A stretch of 64,000 nucleotides of DNA from an uncultured Bacteroidia bacterium (GCA_963546395.1 CAUUMS010000002.1:124181-188180); one strand, 5' to 3'. Counted from the stretch's first letter, positions 1 to 9,327 are shown. Notes: generated by a model not told the origin, from the letters alone. Translations and numbers: made by a program.

Positions 1-76
1 AATCTGCGCAGGAAGGCAACGCTTCACAGGCTGCCCAGAACGAGGATAAGTAGTTGATACAAAGCGGTGTATAAAG

Positions 77-121
77 AATCTCCTCCCCGTGACTCTCGGG
101 TCGCGGAGAGGAGATTTTTCT
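77..121 (+). terminator. Rho-independent terminator-like hairpin closing a + strand gene whose 3' end lies at the window edge
   Basis: AATCTCCTCCCCG...CGCGGAGAGGAGATT is an inverted repeat followed by TTTTTCT. All three + frames are open from nt 1 and stop between nt 47 and 57, so the upstream gene end cannot be phased. Confidence 0.55.
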
Positions 122-227
122 CCCTTATGAATGAAAATTTTCTGTAATCACGTATAACAGAAGGCTAGAGATTGGGAATCGCATGAGCAACTAACACAAT
201 GGGCTGGAGAGCCTGGCTGTCGCAAGC

Positions 228-572
228 ATGGAAGCGAACGGTTACAGCGTGACGAGGGAGGCGGGCTATATGCGCATTTGCGTGCACCACGACAGGCTGG
301 AGGAGTGGTTCGCCCCTAGGTTGAAGTCAGAGCTGGTGGTGCTGACGGGTACTGGGGTGCGGAACGTGGTGCTGGATCTCAGCCCGTGCCAGTGGTGTAG
401 CACCGCGGTGGTGGATGCGTTGCTCGTGGGGAACCGGCTTTGTCGTAGCGCGGGAGGGCAGTTCATATTGACGGGGGTGTCTCCGAGCGTGGAGCGGATC
501 ATGAGTAGCCTGCGGGTGGATTCCCTCTTGGCGATAGCCTACAGCCAGGCGCAGGTGATGGCTCTCTTGTAG
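228..572 (+). CDS. STAS-domain protein (SpoIIAA / anti-sigma-factor-antagonist-like fold)
   Basis: This is a 114-aa ORF. The layout VVLDLSPCQW-CSTAVVDALL...GGQFILTGVSPSVERIMSSLRVDSLLAIAYSQAQ follows the STAS pattern. Its composition resembles the neighbouring genes. Confidence 0.6.
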   Translation: MEANGYSVTREAGYMRICVHHDRLEEWFAPRLKSELVVLTGTGVRNVVLDLSPCQWCSTAVVDALLVGNRLCRSAGGQFILTGVSPSVERIMSSLRVDSLLAIAYSQAQVMALL

Positions 573-655
573 CGAGTTGCGCCAGTGGCGGCGGTGCGGT
601 GCAACGTGCCGTATTGCCAAAGACCTAAAATCAACCAGACATAATCAGGAGTCGT

Positions 656-1132
656 ATGAAGATCAGTGAAATTGTCGCCTCGCAGCGTCGTCGTCTCGGC
701 CTCAAGCAGTACGAGCTGGCTGAGTTGACGGGCATTGCACCCTCGCAGATCTCTATCTTCGAGCGCGGGAGCAGTGGGATGGTGACGACCAACCTCGAGA
801 AGGTGCTCGGGGCGTTGAACCTGCATATCGTCCACGATAGGCAGAGCAAGCAGCTGGAGGTGGCCCGGGCCTGCGCTAAGGAACTCATTGCGCGGGACAT
901 GACAGATCTGCGCAGCGTCTCACGGGAAGAGATAGCGAACATCCTCGGCAATGACGACCTGTTGCTCCTGCCCGTGATTTCGGATGAGCTCTATCGTAAG
1001 TATACGCGGAGCGAGCTCGTGGATGAGACCAACACGTGGAATTACTTCCTGAAGCTCGTGCACGATTGCATTCTGGAGGAGAAGGATGCGATGTACCTCC
1101 AAAAGAGCTACGAATCGAGTCAGCCACTGTAG
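656..1132 (+). CDS. XRE-family helix-turn-helix transcriptional regulator with an uncharacterised ~90-aa C-terminal helical domain
   Basis: The N-terminus RRRLGLKQYELAELTGIAPSQISIFERGSSGMVTTNLEKVLGALNL is a canonical HTH_3/XRE motif. I do not recognise the C-terminal half. Confidence 0.75.
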   Translation: MKISEIVASQRRRLGLKQYELAELTGIAPSQISIFERGSSGMVTTNLEKVLGALNLHIVHDRQSKQLEVARACAKELIARDMTDLRSVSREEIANILGNDDLLLLPVISDELYRKYTRSELVDETNTWNYFLKLVHDCILEEKDAMYLQKSYESSQPL

Positions 1133-1195
1133 GGCTGACTCGGGGTGTGGGGCTCGGTACGGGAGAGTGTATTCCGATAGGGGAGGGATTGGCCC

Positions 1196-2116
1196 ATGCC
1201 GCTCGATGTGGTGATACTCGGGAGTGGGAGTGCGAAGCCTAGCGCAACGCGTTGCCCGTCGGCGCATGCGGTGGTGCACAATCGGCATCTGTTCCTGGTG
1301 GACTGCGGTGAGGGTACCCAGATGCAGATGTGCAAGTGCGGACTAGCCATTGAGAATGTCCGTGCGGTGTTTCTCACCCACCTCCATGCGGATCACGTGC
1401 TGGGCATCTTCGGGCTGTTGGCCTCCCTGAGCATGTCGGGGCGCCGAGAAGACTTGGATGTCTACGCGCATGCGAGCTTTCAGCCTATACTCGAGCAGAA
1501 CGTGCGCTTCTTCATCGTGCACATGAATTTTCAAGTCCGTTTCCATGCCTTCGACCCCGAGCAGAATGCGTGCGTGTACGAGGATCGGCACTTGACAGTG
1601 AGCACGATACCGCTACGGCATCGTGTGCCCACGGCGGGATTTCTGTTTCAGGAGAAGCCATTCCCGCCCAACATATGGCCTGAGGCTATAGCACGTCACC
1701 GTTTGGGGTTGGCGGAAATAGCGAGCCTAAAGGCGGGTCATGACGTGGAGCGTGAGAGCGGGGAGGTGATATACGCTCGGGAGGTGCTGTATCAGAAACG
1801 CCATCCGGTGGCTTATGCCTACCTGAGCGATACCCTGTACAGTGAGCGAGCGGCATCCATGGTGCAGGGTGTGGATCTCCTGTATCACGAGGCAACCTAC
1901 ATGCACGAGTTGCTGCCGTTGGCCCGACAGACGGGGCATTCCACGGCCCTACAGGCTGGGCAGTTCGCCGCGTTGGCCCACGTGGGTAAACTCATCATAG
2001 GCCATTACTCGGCACGCTATTCCAATGTGCATCCCCTGCTAGCCGAGGCCCGCTCGGCATTCCCTAACGTAGTACTCGCCCGTGAGGGTGAGGCGCACCG
2101 TGTTGCCTGCCACTAG
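1196..2116 (+). CDS. rnz: Ribonuclease Z (metallo-beta-lactamase fold, tRNA 3' processing)
   Basis: The sequence LGSGSAKPS...LFLVDCGEGTQ...LTHLHADHVLG contains the HxHxDH motif, and the length (306 aa) and C-terminal HYS motif are typical of short-form RNase Z. Confidence 0.9.
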   Translation: MPLDVVILGSGSAKPSATRCPSAHAVVHNRHLFLVDCGEGTQMQMCKCGLAIENVRAVFLTHLHADHVLGIFGLLASLSMSGRREDLDVYAHASFQPILEQNVRFFIVHMNFQVRFHAFDPEQNACVYEDRHLTVSTIPLRHRVPTAGFLFQEKPFPPNIWPEAIARHRLGLAEIASLKAGHDVERESGEVIYAREVLYQKRHPVAYAYLSDTLYSERAASMVQGVDLLYHEATYMHELLPLARQTGHSTALQAGQFAALAHVGKLIIGHYSARYSNVHPLLAEARSAFPNVVLAREGEAHRVACH

Positions 2117-2734
2117 CTGCGGGGGCTTACTGGTTATGGCCATTGAATGATACTCCCCGGGATGAGGAGCTTGTGGTCTGTGCCAGTGCGCCGTTGTCGT
2201 CATGGTGCTGACTGAGGCCTGGGGAGCTAATTGCCGTGTGGTATGTAGAGCCCGAGTTGGAGCGGGTACCTCTGCGGTGAGCCCTGGGCGATATGGCCAC
2301 GGGATGATGGTACAGGGCTACGCAGGAGTGTGGTGAGTACCAGGTGCCCTGAGGTGTGGTAGGTGAGCCGCTACCCTACGGTTGTTGACGTGTCGCCGTG
2401 CACCGTATATGTCACCGGTGCTAGTTTGAGTGCTACGGCCTACCAGAGCTGAGCGTGCAGGCAGTAAGCGTAAGGTGCTATCCTCTATTTTGGTGAAAGC
2501 GCATCACTTCTCGTGGTGGTGAGGCTATGGCTTATTGCTGTTGGTGAGTTTTGAGGATGTGAATTCGCATTGAATCCGTATAAATTGCCATGCAAAATGT
2601 CGGGTGAAATGGTCGACCCGTCCGCATGGAATGCGCTGATAAATCGGCAATTACAAGGGTATGAGTGTTAATGTACGCTAATGATTCACTCGTGCGGTTT
2701 ATCGCCAATTTTTGTGAGTTGCTAGGTTGAGCGG

Positions 2735-2742
2735 TACTTTTG
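2735..2742 (+). promoter_or_regulatory. Bacteroidota-type -7 promoter box (TACTTTTG) for the ferredoxin gene
   Basis: It matches TAnnTTTG. A TTTG (-33-like) lies at 2711-2714, 20 nt upstream, and the ATG is 60 nt downstream. Confidence 0.5.
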
Positions 2743-2801
2743 TCATGGCAACGGCAGGGAAACCTGCCGGGTCGTAACCCTAATCATTCGGAGGAGAAGC
2801 C

Positions 2802-2972
2802 ATGGCATACGTAATTTCTGAGGACTGCGTCGCTTGCGGTTCATGCATTTCACAGTGCCCGGTGGAGGCAATCAGTGAGGGTGGGATCTACAGCATTGAC
2901 TCCGGCTCGTGCACGGAGTGCGGTAACTGCTCAGAGGCTTGCCCCACGGGGGCCATCAGCCTGCCCCGGTAG
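2802..2972 (+). CDS. 2x[4Fe-4S] clostridial-type ferredoxin (56 aa; below the ORF-track length cutoff)
   Basis: My own translation is MAYVISEDCVACGSCISQCPVEAISEGGIYSIDSGSCTECGNCSEACPTGAISLPR*. It has two complete CxxCxxCxxxCP cluster motifs, GGAGGAG 7 nt upstream of the ATG, and a terminator directly downstream. Confidence 0.9.
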   Translation: MAYVISEDCVACGSCISQCPVEAISEGGIYSIDSGSCTECGNCSEACPTGAISLPR

Positions 2973-2993
2973 TTCGTTTGGGGTGTGAATTTG

Positions 2994-3031
2994 AAAGCAG
3001 GGCGGGGTAAAATCTCGTCCTGCTTTATTTT
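2994..3031 (+). terminator. Rho-independent terminator of the ferredoxin gene
   Basis: AAAGCAGG(GCGGG)...(CTCGT)CCTGCTTT forms a stem of about 13 bp including G.U pairs, followed by ATTTTA. Confidence 0.75.
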
Positions 3032-3301
3032 ACCCCTACGGAATATCAGATATTACTGTAGCGCACCTGACGAATTGCTACCGTGGGTCCTGCATTGTGA
3101 GGATCCGCTTTCACGGGCAATGGCCTATGCAACACGTGGATATGGGCTGTTGGTAGAGGGTGTTGAAGGGATACACGGGAATTCGTGGATCGTGCTATAT
3201 TCCGCAACTTCAAATGTGGTTATCGTGTAGCCACATTATACTGGCGTGCCGCCAATGCGGGCTCAACACCTGTACCCCGTGCTTTTTAATGGGATTTACC
3301 G

Positions 3302-3309
3302 TATCTTTG
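3302..3309 (+). promoter_or_regulatory. -7 promoter box (TATCTTTG) for the prolyl oligopeptidase gene
   Basis: It is an exact TAnnTTTG match 27 nt upstream of the ATG at 3336. Confidence 0.5.
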
Positions 3310-3335
3310 CAAAGATTTAGCACTCGGCTGAACTG

Positions 3336-5465
3336 ATGAAGGGACTCGCATTGATGATATTGGGTTCAGTAGCGTTGACATTTTTGAACGCTTGCAGCGA
3401 CGCAATTCAATACCCTGAGACGGCGAAGGGGAACGATTCCGACGACTACTTCGGCACGCTGGTGCCCGACCCGTATCGCTGGCTGGAGAATGACACAGCG
3501 GCTGACGTGAAGGCCTGGGTGCAGGCGGAGAATGCGGTCACAGATGCCTACTTGAGTCGTATCCCTTTCCGGGGTGCTTTGCAGGCTCGCCTGGAGCAAT
3601 TGCTGAATTACGACACCGAAACCCCACCATTCTATGCGGGCAAGTATTTCCTGTTCTACCGCAAGACAGGCCTGAGCAACCAGAGCGTCCTATACATACA
3701 AGACTCCCTGAAGGGCGAGCCGCGTGTACTGCTCGATCCGAATACCCTGTCAGCCGACGGTACTGTCGCTTTGGGTGGGGTATCAATCTCTCGGGACTCG
3801 CGCTACATGGCATATGCGATTGCCGACGGTGGTTCCGATTGGCGTACGATCCATGTGATGGAGATCGAGTCTGGGCGTGTGCTGGATGATCAGATCCGTT
3901 GGGTGAAGTTCTCCTCCATGGCGTGGCAAGGGGATGGATTCTATTACAGCTGCTACGATGCCCCAGAGGAGGGGAAGGAGCTGAGTACGAAGAACCAGTA
4001 CCACAAGGTTTACTATCACCAGCTAGGCACCCCGCAGAGCAGTGACCGACTCGTGTTTGAGAATCGGGAGCACCCGCTGCGTAACTTCTCGGCCCAGACC
4101 ACGAAGGATGAGCAGTTCCTCATTATCAGCGAGACCGAGAGCACCGATGGTAATGCCCTTTACCTGCGTGATCTTCAGCGTGGGAGCGATTTCGTGCAGC
4201 TGGCGGAAGGCTTCGATTACGATTTCTCTGTGGTGGGCAATCAGGGGCGTAACCTCTTCGTGCTGACGAATTACAAGGCTCCGAAGTACAGGCTCGTGCG
4301 CATTGATGTCGATCGGGCTGATACTGCCAATTGGGTAGATATCGTCCCCGAGAGTGACAATGTACTAACGGATTGCGTGCTTGCTGGCGGCAAAGTCGTT
4401 GCTACGCACATGGCTGATGCGGCTAGCCGCATGGCCCTGTATCCGCTGGATCCGACAGATAGCACGGCGAGTGTCACGGCACTTGATCTTGGTGTCCTGG
4501 GGACTGTAGGATCTATCTCAGGCGAGATTGACAAGGACGATATCTTCTTCTCCTACACGTCGTTTATCGTGCCGAGCGTGGTGTACCGTCTCAACGTGAA
4601 TACGGGTGAGAAGAGCGACTTCTTCTATCCCACGTTTGATTTTGACTTCTCTAAGTACAAGGTCGAGCAGGTGTTCTACGCCAGCAAAGACGGGACTCGG
4701 GTGCCCATGTTCCTGGTTTACCGGGGCGATATCGAGCGGAATGGGAAGAATCCTACGTTGCTGTATGGGTACGGTGGTTTCAACATCAGCTTGACGCCTT
4801 GGTTTAGCGCAGCGCGCCTGGCATGGCTAGAGCAAGGAGGTGTGTATGCGATTGCCAACCTCCGTGGCGGTGGAGAGTACGGGGAGGCATGGCATGAGGC
4901 TGGCACTAAGTTGCGCAAACAGAATGTATTTGACGATTGCATCGCCGCAGCCGAGTATTTGATAGCGGAAAAGATTACCTCGCCAGCTTACCTAGCTGTG
5001 CAGGGTGGCTCGAATGGCGGGCTGCTCGTGGGAGCTGTCGTGAACCAACGTCCGGATCTCTTTGCCGTGGCCATTCCGCAGGTTGGGGTCATGGATATGC
5101 TCCGCTACCAGCATTTCACCATTGGGTGGGCTTGGGCCGGCGATTACGGCACGAGCGATGACCAGCAGTATTTCGAGACGCTTTACGGTTACTCCCCGCT
5201 GCACAACATAAGGCAGGGCGACTATCCGGCAATTCTCGTCACGACGGCCGATCACGATGATCGGGTGGTGCCGGCCCATTCGTTCAAGTACATTGCCACG
5301 TTGCAGGAGAAGCTGCCGGGTGGTAAGCCCAAGCTGATTCGCATAGAGACCCGTGCGGGACATGGAGCGGGAAAGCCTACGGCCCTGGCGATTGCCGAGA
5401 TCGCCGACATCTATGCTTTTGCGTGGTACAACATGGGCGTGGAGCCGAAATATGAGTCGCGATGA
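3336..5465 (+). CDS. Prolyl oligopeptidase (S9A family serine endopeptidase), lipoprotein or secreted form
   Basis: The N-terminal signal ends in LNAC. DPYRWLEND is the family hallmark, and the catalytic triad context is present: GGSNGGLL (Ser), TADHDDRV (Asp) and AGHGAG (His). Confidence 0.92.
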   Translation: MKGLALMILGSVALTFLNACSDAIQYPETAKGNDSDDYFGTLVPDPYRWLENDTAADVKAWVQAENAVTDAYLSRIPFRGALQARLEQLLNYDTETPPFYAGKYFLFYRKTGLSNQSVLYIQDSLKGEPRVLLDPNTLSADGTVALGGVSISRDSRYMAYAIADGGSDWRTIHVMEIESGRVLDDQIRWVKFSSMAWQGDGFYYSCYDAPEEGKELSTKNQYHKVYYHQLGTPQSSDRLVFENREHPLRNFSAQTTKDEQFLIISETESTDGNALYLRDLQRGSDFVQLAEGFDYDFSVVGNQGRNLFVLTNYKAPKYRLVRIDVDRADTANWVDIVPESDNVLTDCVLAGGKVVATHMADAASRMALYPLDPTDSTASVTALDLGVLGTVGSISGEIDKDDIFFSYTSFIVPSVVYRLNVNTGEKSDFFYPTFDFDFSKYKVEQVFYASKDGTRVPMFLVYRGDIERNGKNPTLLYGYGGFNISLTPWFSAARLAWLEQGGVYAIANLRGGGEYGEAWHEAGTKLRKQNVFDDCIAAAEYLIAEKITSPAYLAVQGGSNGGLLVGAVVNQRPDLFAVAIPQVGVMDMLRYQHFTIGWAWAGDYGTSDDQQYFETLYGYSPLHNIRQGDYPAILVTTADHDDRVVPAHSFKYIATLQEKLPGGKPKLIRIETRAGHGAGKPTALAIAEIADIYAFAWYNMGVEPKYESR

Positions 5466-5598
5466 TGGCCCTTGCGGCGTGTGTGTGATTGCATTAGCAT
5501 GTCTGGTTTCGCATGATGCCCTCAGCGGGTGCCTTGCGTGAGTGAGTGGTGTGAGATTTCCACTTTTGGTCAGTACAAAATAAAATAACTAACGCGCG

Positions 5599-7320
5599 AT
5601 GAAGAAGCTCAGAATCTCGATGCTCGCCTTGGTCGTTGCCGGTGCAGCAATGATCGTTGGCTGCAATAGCCCGGAGAAGATGAAGGACGTGCCCCAGGAA
5701 GCCCTGCCGAAGTTGGATCCCAATCCGCTCGTGCTCGTAGGGACAACCGTCAAGGGTACTATCACGGGCAAGTTCCCGCCCAAGTACTTCAACAAGAAGG
5801 CTAAGCTTGAGCTCACCCCTGTGATTGTGTACGATGGTGGCGAGCTGGTTCTCCCCTCCAACACCTACCAGGGTGAGTCGGTTACGGACAACTACTCCGT
5901 GATCAGCCACGACCTCGGTGGGGCCTACACCACGAAGGAATTCTCGTTCGAGTACAAGCCGGAGATGATGCGCTCGAATGTTGAGCTTCGTCTCACCCTC
6001 TCGTACAAGGACAAGAAGGTGCCCTTCGATGTTCCTTACAAGGTAGGCGTGGGGATCAACGTCACCCAGAACTTGGCTGAACTGGAGGCGAGGCCGTTGC
6101 TGCTGCCCCACAACTTCACACGTGATCGTGAATCCTCGGCCGAGGCACAGATCAACTTCGCCATCCAGCGTTCCGACCTGCGTGCCGGTGAGCTGACGAA
6201 GGAGGATGTGATGAAGCTTTCGCAGACCATCAAGGAGCTCGGGACGAATGGGAAAGAGGCGTTGACCTCCATCTCGATTCGTTCGTACGCCTCGCCTGAT
6301 GGCCCGGTAGATCTGAATGAAAACCTTTCCAAGGGCCGTGGTAAGACCGCTCAGGATTGGCTATCCAAGACCCTGCGCAAGAGCAAGCTCACCGATGATG
6401 TGATCAAGATCGATGAGCAGTCCACCGACTGGGAAGGCTTTAAGTCGATGGTAGAATCCTCCAACATCGAGGACAAGGAGCTGATACTGCGTGTGCTCTC
6501 TATGTACTCCGATCCTGACGTCCGCAACCGCGAAATGCACAACCTGGGCAAGGTGTTCCAGGTGATCGCCGAGGAGATCCTTCCGAAGCTTCGTCGCTCC
6601 AAGATGGTAGCCTCTATTGCCGTCAAGGGTCGTACGGATGAGGAGATCAAGGCTATCGTGGATGCGGGCGATATCGCAACGCTTGGCATCAACGAGGCTC
6701 TCTACGCTGTGACCATGTACCCCGACCTCGACAAAAAGGCTGAGCTTTACTTCAAGGTCAGCGAGATGGAAGGAGCGAGCAACGATGTTCGCGTGCTCAA
6801 CAACCTCGCTTGCATCTACCTGATGCAAGGTCGTGATATTCCTGCCAAGGATCTTCTCGACCGCGCAGCTGCCATTGAGGCTACCAACGCCGTCGTTCTC
6901 AACAACCTCGGTGTAGTCGAAATGCAGGGTGGGCGTCCGGCAGAAGCTGAGAAGCTCTTCGTGCGTGCCACTGAGGCTGGCCCCATCGTGAAGGCTAACC
7001 TGGGTGCCTGCGCTATCCTGAAGGGTGAGTGGAAGGCCGCCGTAGAGTATCTGCAAGGTTCCAACACGTTCAACCAGGGTCTGGCTCTCCTCCTTGTAGA
7101 GCGTTACGATGCTGCCACGAACATCTTCAACGAGGTGAAGTCGGCTCGCTCGTACTACGGCCTGGCGATTATCGGTGCCCGCAATGGGGATGAGAAGGCT
7201 GTGCTCGACAACCTGCGTACGGCCATCTCCATGGAATCCAAGCTGAAGGCCCGTGCCGCGAAGGATGTGGAATTCTTGAAGTTTGCGCAGAACGAAGCCT
7301 TCGTCGCCCTGACGAAGTAG
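5599..7320 (+). CDS. Lipoprotein with an OmpA-like middle segment and C-terminal TPR-like repeats; function unknown
   Basis: A lipobox is present (MIVGC). The segment IRSYASPDGPVDLNENLSKGRGKTAQDWL resembles the ASPEG...N..LS..RA segment of OmpA-like Bacteroidales proteins. The C-terminal 200 aa is Ala/Leu-rich with TPR-like periodicity. Confidence 0.7.
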   Translation: MKKLRISMLALVVAGAAMIVGCNSPEKMKDVPQEALPKLDPNPLVLVGTTVKGTITGKFPPKYFNKKAKLELTPVIVYDGGELVLPSNTYQGESVTDNYSVISHDLGGAYTTKEFSFEYKPEMMRSNVELRLTLSYKDKKVPFDVPYKVGVGINVTQNLAELEARPLLLPHNFTRDRESSAEAQINFAIQRSDLRAGELTKEDVMKLSQTIKELGTNGKEALTSISIRSYASPDGPVDLNENLSKGRGKTAQDWLSKTLRKSKLTDDVIKIDEQSTDWEGFKSMVESSNIEDKELILRVLSMYSDPDVRNREMHNLGKVFQVIAEEILPKLRRSKMVASIAVKGRTDEEIKAIVDAGDIATLGINEALYAVTMYPDLDKKAELYFKVSEMEGASNDVRVLNNLACIYLMQGRDIPAKDLLDRAAAIEATNAVVLNNLGVVEMQGGRPAEAEKLFVRATEAGPIVKANLGACAILKGEWKAAVEYLQGSNTFNQGLALLLVERYDAATNIFNEVKSARSYYGLAIIGARNGDEKAVLDNLRTAISMESKLKARAAKDVEFLKFAQNEAFVALTK

Positions 7321-7345
7321 CCTGATTAACCAGAGATATAATGAA

Positions 7346-7376
7346 GGGGAGTGGCCAATGGCCACTCCCCTTTTTG
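7346..7376. terminator. Hairpin terminator between convergent genes (TPR lipoprotein and recJ)
   Basis: GGGGAGTGGC-caatg-GCCACTCCCC is a perfect 10-bp stem followed by TTTTT. Confidence 0.8.
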
Positions 7377-7432
7377 CTATCACTACCACGAGCGGACCCC
7401 TGTGGAGCCCACATGGATGCTGTGAGGTGGTG

Positions 7433-9148
7433 CTACATCGCCTTGATGTCGCGCACGTTGAGCTGCATGGAGGGCGGAGAGAAATAGTTGTTCTGCTCCA
7501 GCGTAAAGCAGATCCGGTAGGGGCGATGCATCACGATGTCTAGGTATTGCGCCTGCGAGAAGGCCACGGCCGCAAAGCTCGCCGAGTTTCCATGTTGCCG
7601 CGCAGTGAAGCGGAGGTGCTTTTTATCCCTGCCAATCAGTTTGGCATTATGGTCGGGGAGCAAGTGCTCGGCCATCAGGATGGGGGCCATATTATCTGGC
7701 CCGAAGGGTTCGAACTGATTCAGTATCCTGAAGAATCGTCCATCGAGCTCATCGAGGCTCACGGCCGCATCCACCTGGATGGAGGGCCTCTTTTGCTCGG
7801 GTGTGATGTGCGCAGCCACCCACTGCTCGAAGCGCGCCATGAAATCTTCCAGCCGTTCTTTGGGCAGCGTGAGCCCAGCCGCGTAGCGGTGGCCCCCGTA
7901 GGCCGTCAGCAGATCGGCGCAGCTCTCCAGGGCATCATACAGGTTGAAGCCCTCCACCGAGCGCGCTGAGCCCGCCACCTCGCCATTCGAATCGGTGAGC
8001 ACGATTGTCGGCTTGTAGAACTGGTCGACCAGGCGACTCGCCACGATGCCCACTACCCCCTTGTGCCATTTCGGATTGTAGAGCACCGTGGTGCTTCGTT
8101 GCTCGTAGTTCGGTGATCCCTCGATCATCTCCACCGCCTCAGCCGTGATCTTACGATCGATCACCTGCCGATCGTTATTCGAGGTGTTGATCTCTGCGGC
8201 CCAGTACTTGGCAGCCGTCTCGTCGTCCGCCGTGAGCAGATGCACGGCATTCGCCCCATGGAGCATGCGCCCCGCCGCGTTGATCCTTGGGCCCAGCTTG
8301 AACACCACGTCCTCATTCTTCAGGATCCGATTGCCAACTCCGGCAATCTGGCGGAGGGCATTCAGCCCCGGTGACGGATGATGGTTGAGCATCTCCAGCC
8401 CAGCGTGCGAGAGCACCCGGTTCTCACCGCTCAGCGACACGATGTCGGAGGCAATGCTCATGGCCACCAGGTCGAGATACTGTAGCAGGTCGTTAGCCTC
8501 AAGCCCTGCATGCTTGGTGTACGCTTGCAGCAGTTTGAACCCTACGCCGCATCCCGAGAGCTCTTGGAACGGGTAGTTGCAATCTGTGCGCTTAGGGTCG
8601 AGCACCGCTACCGCCTCGGGCAGCGCATCGCCAGGCAGGTGGTGATCGCAAATGATGAAGTCGACCCCCAGCTCATTGGCTAGCCGAATGCGCTCAACGG
8701 CCTTGATGCCGCAGTCGAGCGCAATGACCAGCGTGAAGTGATTCTCGGCCGCGTAGCGCACGCCCACCTCCGAGATGCCGTAACCCTCTTTGTAGCGATT
8801 CGGAATGTAAAAGCCGGCCTGCACGCCGAGCTTGCGTAGATAGCTGTAGACGAGCGATACGGCCGTGGTGCCATCCACATCGTAGTCCCCGTACACCAGG
8901 ATCGATTCGCCCCGCCCGATGGCGAGGCTCAACCTCTCCACGGCCCGATCCATGTCCTTCATCAGGAACGGATCGTGCAGTAGGCCTAGATGTGGACGGA
9001 AGAAATCGCGCGCCTCGTCGTACGTCTTTATCCCCCGCTGGGCGAGCAGTTTCGCCACCAGCGGGCTCACAGATAGCACCTGGGCCAGATGTTTCGCCGT
9101 GGCGAGAATGTCATCGTTCCGCCTTACAAGCCATTGTTTTTCCATCAA
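7433..9148 (-). CDS. recJ: Single-stranded-DNA-specific exonuclease RecJ
   Basis: DHH and DHHA1 motifs are present (VYGDYDVDGTT, ALDCG, ICDHH, GGHRYAAG). The 571-aa length is typical. Confidence 0.93.
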   Translation of the reverse strand: MMEKQWLVRRNDDILATAKHLAQVLSVSPLVAKLLAQRGIKTYDEARDFFRPHLGLLHDPFLMKDMDRAVERLSLAIGRGESILVYGDYDVDGTTAVSLVYSYLRKLGVQAGFYIPNRYKEGYGISEVGVRYAAENHFTLVIALDCGIKAVERIRLANELGVDFIICDHHLPGDALPEAVAVLDPKRTDCNYPFQELSGCGVGFKLLQAYTKHAGLEANDLLQYLDLVAMSIASDIVSLSGENRVLSHAGLEMLNHHPSPGLNALRQIAGVGNRILKNEDVVFKLGPRINAAGRMLHGANAVHLLTADDETAAKYWAAEINTSNNDRQVIDRKITAEAVEMIEGSPNYEQRSTTVLYNPKWHKGVVGIVASRLVDQFYKPTIVLTDSNGEVAGSARSVEGFNLYDALESCADLLTAYGGHRYAAGLTLPKERLEDFMARFEQWVAAHITPEQKRPSIQVDAAVSLDELDGRFFRILNQFEPFGPDNMAPILMAEHLLPDHNAKLIGRDKKHLRFTARQHGNSASFAAVAFSQAQYLDIVMHRPYRICFTLEQNNYFSPPSMQLNVRDIKAM

Positions 9149-9327
9149 TAGGTTCCTTCCTTTGCCTGCCCAGCACGCGCCCTACTGGTGTTTAATATCT
9201 CTGCCCCGTAGCAGGCCGCCTGGCCTGTGCGCATCAACCCCGCGGGAGTAGCTCCTGTGTGGGGCGTGGTGGTGAGGGGAGTACGTGCGTGCCGGGCCAT
9301 CTCCCGTGGCCATCGGTGGGGGTGCAA

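Noticed and set aside
609-632. CCGTATTGCCAAAGACCTAAAATC resembles one arm of the palindromic repeat family.
   Set aside because: Only one arm-like half is present, with an insertion, and there is no matching partner arm. It is too weak to call a copy without a statistical model.
2774-2788. The exact 15-mer GTAACCCTAATCATT is shared by the ferredoxin leader (2774) and the rimP 3' end (28340). A third GTAACCCTAAT occurs at 27528.
   Set aside because: My estimate of chance identical 15-mer pairs in 64 kb is about 2 (N^2/2/4^15), and an 11-mer triple is also within expectation. One copy is coding (RVTLIIGK). No structure or consistent context links the copies.
2985-3230. An 81-aa + strand ORF lies between the ferredoxin and prolyl oligopeptidase genes.
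   Set aside because: It begins inside the ferredoxin terminator hairpin. It has no motif content and unusual composition, and the region is better explained as terminator plus promoter spacer.
6361-7389. A 342-aa minus-strand ORF lies antisense to the TPR lipoprotein gene.
   Set aside because: The + strand product has a lipobox and coherent repeat structure. The antisense ORF crosses the bidirectional terminator at 7346-7376.
7706-7716. GGGTTCGAACT resembles a tRNA T-arm.
   Set aside because: It lies inside the recJ coding region. The flanking sequence gives no acceptor, D or anticodon stems. I found no tRNA anywhere in the window.
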